This document shows positions 60,114 through 64,000 of a stretch of DNA of 64,000 nt, piece by piece. The stretch is from Ignavibacteria bacterium (GTDB lineage: Bacteria; Bacteroidota; Ignavibacteria; SZUA-365): the NCBI GenBank assembly GCA_016720835.1, contig JADKJW010000031.1:310625-374624 (forward strand). Direction: 5' to 3'. The translations under genes and the position numbers were made by a program. Position 1 is the stretch's first letter; each line of letters begins with the position of its first letter. Under the pieces are notes generated by a model. The model searched no databases and was not told the DNA's origin. It saw only the letters and a list, made by a program, of their open reading frames with translations.

Positions 60114-61604
60114 ATGACAGACAAACCCACGCTGCTCGTCGTCGACGACGAGTTCGGCATGCGCGAAGGCATCTCGCGCATCTTCGCCCTCGAGGGTTAC
60201 GACGTGACCGTCGCGGAGAACGGCACCGACGGCATCGCGCGCGGCCTGGAGCGCGAGTTCGACGTCACCCTCCTCGACCTGAAAATGCCCGACATCGACG
60301 GACTCACCGTGCTGCGCCGGCTCCGCGAAACGTATCCCGACACCGAGTACCTGATGATGACGGCCTTCGCCGGCATCGACTCGGCGGTGGAGGCCACACG
60401 CAACGGGGCGTACACGTACATCCCGAAACCGTTCACGCCCGACCAGATTGTCTTCGAGGTCGATCGCGCCCTCGCCAAACGCCGCCTCACGATGGAGGCG
60501 CGCGAGCTGCGGGCCGATCAGGAGCGTCGCCTCCTCGAAATCCATCTCGAGCAGAGCCGCCTCCGCACCATCATCAACGCCATCAGCGACGCGGTGTTCG
60601 TGACCAACCTCGAGGAGCAGATCGTGCTGGCAAATCCGCAGACCCGGGCGCTGTTCGGCTTCTCGTCGCGCGTCATCGCCGGCACGCACATCGATGACAT
60701 CTTCCCGAAGGAAGTGACCGACGTGATCCGCGACGCCGCCGCGAAGGCGCCGCTGGGCGTGGAACTCGTGTCGCGCGAGTGGGAGATGAAACCCGAACTC
60801 GAACTCGTCGTGTCGATGAAGACCGTGCCGCTGCGCGACCGCGACGACGCGGTCATCGGCTTCGTCTCCACGCTGCAGGACGTCACCGAGCTGAAAAAAC
60901 TCGACATGCAGAAATCGCAGTTCGTCTCCATGGTGGCGCATGAACTCAAGGCCCCGCTGGCCGCGATCTCGGGGTACCTCGAGACCATGCAGGGCAAGCT
61001 GCTCGGCGCCGACATGGCGAAGTACGAGACCATGATCGACCGCTCGAATCTCCGCCTGCGCTCGATGATCGACCTGATCAACGACCTGCTGAACATCAGC
61101 CGCAAGGACCTCGGCACCGCGCGTCGCGAGATCGTCGCGGTGGCCGTGCCGGAAGCCGTCGAATCCGTCGCGGACTTCCTTCGCCAGGAAATGGCGAAGC
61201 GCGCGCTGCGCTTCGTCACGGACTACGCCGACGCGCTGCCGACCATCGACGTGGACCGCGACGAATTCTCGCGTCTCCTCACCAACCTCCTCAGCAACGC
61301 CATCAAGTACAACCGCGAGGGCGGCGAGATCCGCGTCGCCGCGCGCGCCGAGGAGGATTCCGTCATCCTCAGCGTCGGCGACACCGGCATCGGCCTCACC
61401 TCGGAGGAGCGATCACAGCTGTTCCGGCAATTCTACCGCGCCAAGAACGAGCAGACGCGTTCCATCCCCGGCACCGGCCTCGGCCTCTCCATCGTCAAGG
61501 GCATCGTCGAATCCTATCACGGCAACATCGACGTGCAGAGCGAGTTCGGCGTCGGAACCACCTTCGTCCTGCGCATCCCGGAGCATTTCGTCGACCGCTC
61601 CTGA
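60114..61604 (+). CDS. Hybrid signal-transduction protein: receiver domain, PAS domain, HisKA and HATPase_c
   Basis: N-terminal REC (LLVVDDEFGMREGISRIFALEGYDV...LLDLKMPDIDG). A PAS-like region (IINAISDAVFVTNLEEQIVLANPQTRALFG). An H-box (MVAHELKAPLAAISGYLE), then N, G1 and G2 boxes. It starts 7 nt after the preceding stop. Confidence 0.8.
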   Translation: MTDKPTLLVVDDEFGMREGISRIFALEGYDVTVAENGTDGIARGLEREFDVTLLDLKMPDIDGLTVLRRLRETYPDTEYLMMTAFAGIDSAVEATRNGAYTYIPKPFTPDQIVFEVDRALAKRRLTMEARELRADQERRLLEIHLEQSRLRTIINAISDAVFVTNLEEQIVLANPQTRALFGFSSRVIAGTHIDDIFPKEVTDVIRDAAAKAPLGVELVSREWEMKPELELVVSMKTVPLRDRDDAVIGFVSTLQDVTELKKLDMQKSQFVSMVAHELKAPLAAISGYLETMQGKLLGADMAKYETMIDRSNLRLRSMIDLINDLLNISRKDLGTARREIVAVAVPEAVESVADFLRQEMAKRALRFVTDYADALPTIDVDRDEFSRLLTNLLSNAIKYNREGGEIRVAARAEEDSVILSVGDTGIGLTSEERSQLFRQFYRAKNEQTRSIPGTGLGLSIVKGIVESYHGNIDVQSEFGVGTTFVLRIPEHFVDRS

Positions 61605-61792
61605 TTTCGGATTGAACAGTTGTCACCCCGAGTCACTCATTGCACGGCATCCCATGAGCGTCGTCAATGACAGTTCCGTGAGAAGAAAAGGCGATCGCGA
61701 AACACACGAAATGTCCGAATGAGTCCGAAAAAAGATGTTTTCGTAGTTTTCGCTTTATTCGATTGCTTCGTGATCTCTTCTGAATCCGGTAT

Positions 61793-63253
61793 TCAATCCG
61801 AAATTGGAAATCCGCAATCCGCAATCCTCGCGATCCCGCGCAGCATGCCGCGGAAGACGAGGGCGTGCACCGGGTAGATGCCGTACCAGTAGAGGATTCC
61901 CGCGAGTCCGACGGGATCGAAGATCGCGGTCTGCCGGATGACGGCGCCGTCGCCGTCGGGGGTGACCTGATACTCGAGCCACGCGCGGCCGGGGACTTTC
62001 ATTTCTGCGAAGAGACGCAACTGCACACCGGGTTCGATGACTTCCACGCGCCACCAGTCCACGGCGTCGCCGACGCACAGATCGACGGGGTGCCGCCGCC
62101 CGCGGCGCATGCCGACGCCTCCGGCGAGGATGTCCGCGAAACCGCGCAGGCGCCAGAGCCAGTTGCCCCAGTACCAGCCCGTTTCACCGCCGATGCGCTG
62201 AATGGGCGCGAAGGCCCGCGCGGGTGTGCATGCGACGCGGATGCTGCGCTGATCGAGGAGGCGGTTTCCGAAGCGCGTGCCGCCCCAGCCGGGCGCGATG
62301 CCCGCGGACGAGAGCGCGTCGGACCAGCGCGTCTCGGCGAACTCGCGGTCCTCGTTGCGCAGCGCGTCCGCGATCGCGTCGCGCACGCTCTTCGGGCGCA
62401 GAGGGAAATCCGCGAGCGCGGACTGATCCTCCACGACGGTGGGATGCTTGAGGCTTTCGGCGAGCTTGCGCCCGACGCGCGCGTACAGCGGCGTGACGAG
62501 TCCGAGCCAGAGGCTCGAGAGCCGCGGCGTGAGCACCGGCACGGGGATCATCACGCGCCGCAGGCCGCGCTGGCGGGCGTACTCGCGCATCAGGTCGCCG
62601 TAGGACAGGCGGTCCGCCGCGCCGATTTCATAGACGCGGTTGCCGTCGGCCCGCACGTCGAGCGCGAGCGCGAGGTACGCGAGGAGGTCGGCGATGCCGA
62701 TCGGCTGCGCTTTCACCGACACCCAGCGCGGCGTGATCATGACCGGCAGGCGTTCGACCAGGGCGCGGATCATTTCGAAGGAGAGGCTTCCGGAGCCGAT
62801 GACGATGGACGCGCGCAGCTCGATCACCTGCACGCCGGATGCGGCGAGCACGCGGCCCACCTGCTGGCGGCTGCGCAGATGCGAGGACAGCGCCTCGGCG
62901 GAGGAACCGAGTCCGCCGAGGTACACGATGCGGCGCACCCCGGCCTCGCGCGCGGCCGCCCCGAAATTCTCCGCGGCGATGCGGTCCAGCGTCTCGAAGT
63001 CGCGGTCGTCGCCCATGGAATGCACGAGGTAGTACGCCGTGTCCACTCCGCGCATCGCGGCGCCCAGGCTCGCGGCGTCGAGCACGTCGCCCTGCGCGAT
63101 CTCCGTGTCGCCGCCGACGCGCGCGGCGAGCTGTGCCGGTCTCCGAGCGAGGCAGCGCACGCGCTCGCCCGCTTCCTCGAAGCGCCGCAGCAGCCGTCCG
63201 CCGATGTACCCGGTTGCGCCGGTGAGCAGGATGAGACGGGGGGATGTTGGCAT
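61793..63253 (-). CDS. NAD(P)-binding SDR/NmrA-like protein fused to a C-terminal DUF2867-like domain
   Basis: Rossmann motif (LLTGATGYIGGRLL). The C-terminal about 170 aa are polyketide-cyclase/SRPBCC-like (WYWGNWLWRLRG...). Confidence 0.65.
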   Translation of the reverse strand: MPTSPRLILLTGATGYIGGRLLRRFEEAGERVRCLARRPAQLAARVGGDTEIAQGDVLDAASLGAAMRGVDTAYYLVHSMGDDRDFETLDRIAAENFGAAAREAGVRRIVYLGGLGSSAEALSSHLRSRQQVGRVLAASGVQVIELRASIVIGSGSLSFEMIRALVERLPVMITPRWVSVKAQPIGIADLLAYLALALDVRADGNRVYEIGAADRLSYGDLMREYARQRGLRRVMIPVPVLTPRLSSLWLGLVTPLYARVGRKLAESLKHPTVVEDQSALADFPLRPKSVRDAIADALRNEDREFAETRWSDALSSAGIAPGWGGTRFGNRLLDQRSIRVACTPARAFAPIQRIGGETGWYWGNWLWRLRGFADILAGGVGMRRGRRHPVDLCVGDAVDWWRVEVIEPGVQLRLFAEMKVPGRAWLEYQVTPDGDGAVIRQTAIFDPVGLAGILYWYGIYPVHALVFRGMLRGIARIADCGFPISD

Positions 63254-63337
63254 CGGAGGCGCCTGTTATGGTGATGAATGCGGATGTCGTATTTTTGCGC
63301 TTCTCCAACAACATCGAAACAAATAGCGAAGAATCCC

Positions 63338-64000
63338 ATGACGATAGACGTCGCCGATTTTCAGACCGAAGTGCTGGACCTGAGCCGCGAGATGCCCGTG
63401 CTCGTGGATTTCTGGGCCGAGTGGTGCGGTCCCTGCCGCACGCTCGGACCCATCCTGGAAAAGATCGCGGACGAGAACGAGGGATCCTGGGCGCTCGCGA
63501 AGGTGGACACCGAGCGTTTTCCCGACATTTCCGTGCAGTACGGCGTGCGCAGCATCCCCAACGTGAAGCTGTTCATCGACGGCAAGGTGGCCGACGAATT
63601 CACCGGGGCGCTGCCAGAGCGCGCTGTCCGTCAGTGGATCGAGAAAGCCATCCCCGCGAAACCCGCGCACAATCCGGAACTCGAACAGGCCGAACTGCAT
63701 CTCGCGCAGGGCGACATTGACGCAGCCGAACGCTTGTTAGGCAGCGTCATCGCCGCGGATCCCGCCAACACGAAGGCGCGGGTCCTGCTCGCGCAGATCT
63801 TCCTGGCCGACGATCCCGCAAAGGCCGCGGAGCTGGTCGCGGCCATCGAGCCGGGTTCCGAATACGACGACATGGTCTTCGCGATACGCACCATCGCCGA
63901 CCTCCTGCGAAAGGACCCGAACGCGCTGCCCGACGCGCCCGTGAAGGACGCGTACGTCGCCGCTCTCGGACAGCTCGACGCGGGCGATTTCGACGCCGCG
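63338..64000 (+). CDS. Thioredoxin-domain protein with C-terminal TPR-like repeats (YbbN/CnoX-like), 3' partial
   Basis: The WCGPC active site (FWAEWCGPCRTLGPI) is followed by helical repeats. The ORF runs to the window edge. Confidence 0.75.
   Translation, partial: MTIDVADFQTEVLDLSREMPVLVDFWAEWCGPCRTLGPILEKIADENEGSWALAKVDTERFPDISVQYGVRSIPNVKLFIDGKVADEFTGALPERAVRQWIEKAIPAKPAHNPELEQAELHLAQGDIDAAERLLGSVIAADPANTKARVLLAQIFLADDPAKAAELVAAIEPGSEYDDMVFAIRTIADLLRKDPNALPDAPVKDAYVAALGQLDAGDFDAA

Overview
High-GC (~65%) bacterial chromosomal segment, probably from the FCB group because two secreted proteins carry Por/T9SS C-terminal sorting domains. No rRNA, tRNA or CRISPR was found.

Gene content from start to end:
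- Positions 1-2652: the 3' end of an alternative complex III operon (actC partial, actD, actE, actF).
- Positions 2660-2935: a REP-like repeat array. A second, inverted copy lies at 40105-40251.
- Positions 2940-3909: a low-GC, degraded histidine-kinase remnant.
- Positions 3925-6135: a NYN-domain protein and a T9SS cargo protein.
- Positions 6603-18967: two tandem, very large alpha-2-macroglobulin paralogs (both strongly predicted to be genuine protein-coding genes; not decayed copies). Copy 1 carries two compensating frameshifts. Copy 2 carries about 8 frameshifts and an AT-shifted 5' half.
- Positions 19821-21998: DedA and an APC amino-acid permease.
- Positions 22019-25481: two low-GC type II toxin-antitoxin modules (brnTA, mazEF) on either side of a native multi-pass membrane/TPR protein.
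- Positions 25576-39994: ftsH, der, an ABC-2 transporter pair, an M48 peptidase, dus, fur-feoA-feoB, and a VIT/vWA-like T9SS protein.
- Positions 40252-49442: mnmG, a beta-CASP RNase, a fused E1 alpha/beta dehydrogenase, hup, a YifB/ComM ATPase and an alpha/beta hydrolase.
- Positions 50811-57730: an [FeFe]-hydrogenase locus on the minus strand (REC-hndA-hndC-hndD-HK-hydG).
- Positions 58067-61604: a divergently transcribed HydS-type sensory [FeFe]-hydrogenase H-domain fused directly to a histidine-kinase transmitter, followed by a hybrid REC-PAS-HK. Together with the previous item this looks like a hydrogen-sensing phosphorelay controlling the catalytic hydrogenase, and is the most notable system in the window.
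- Positions 61793-64000: an SDR/DUF2867 protein and a thioredoxin-TPR protein (partial).

Several apparent frameshifts sit in G/C homopolymers, so the assembly probably carries indel errors. Long antisense ORFs in the track are GC artefacts.
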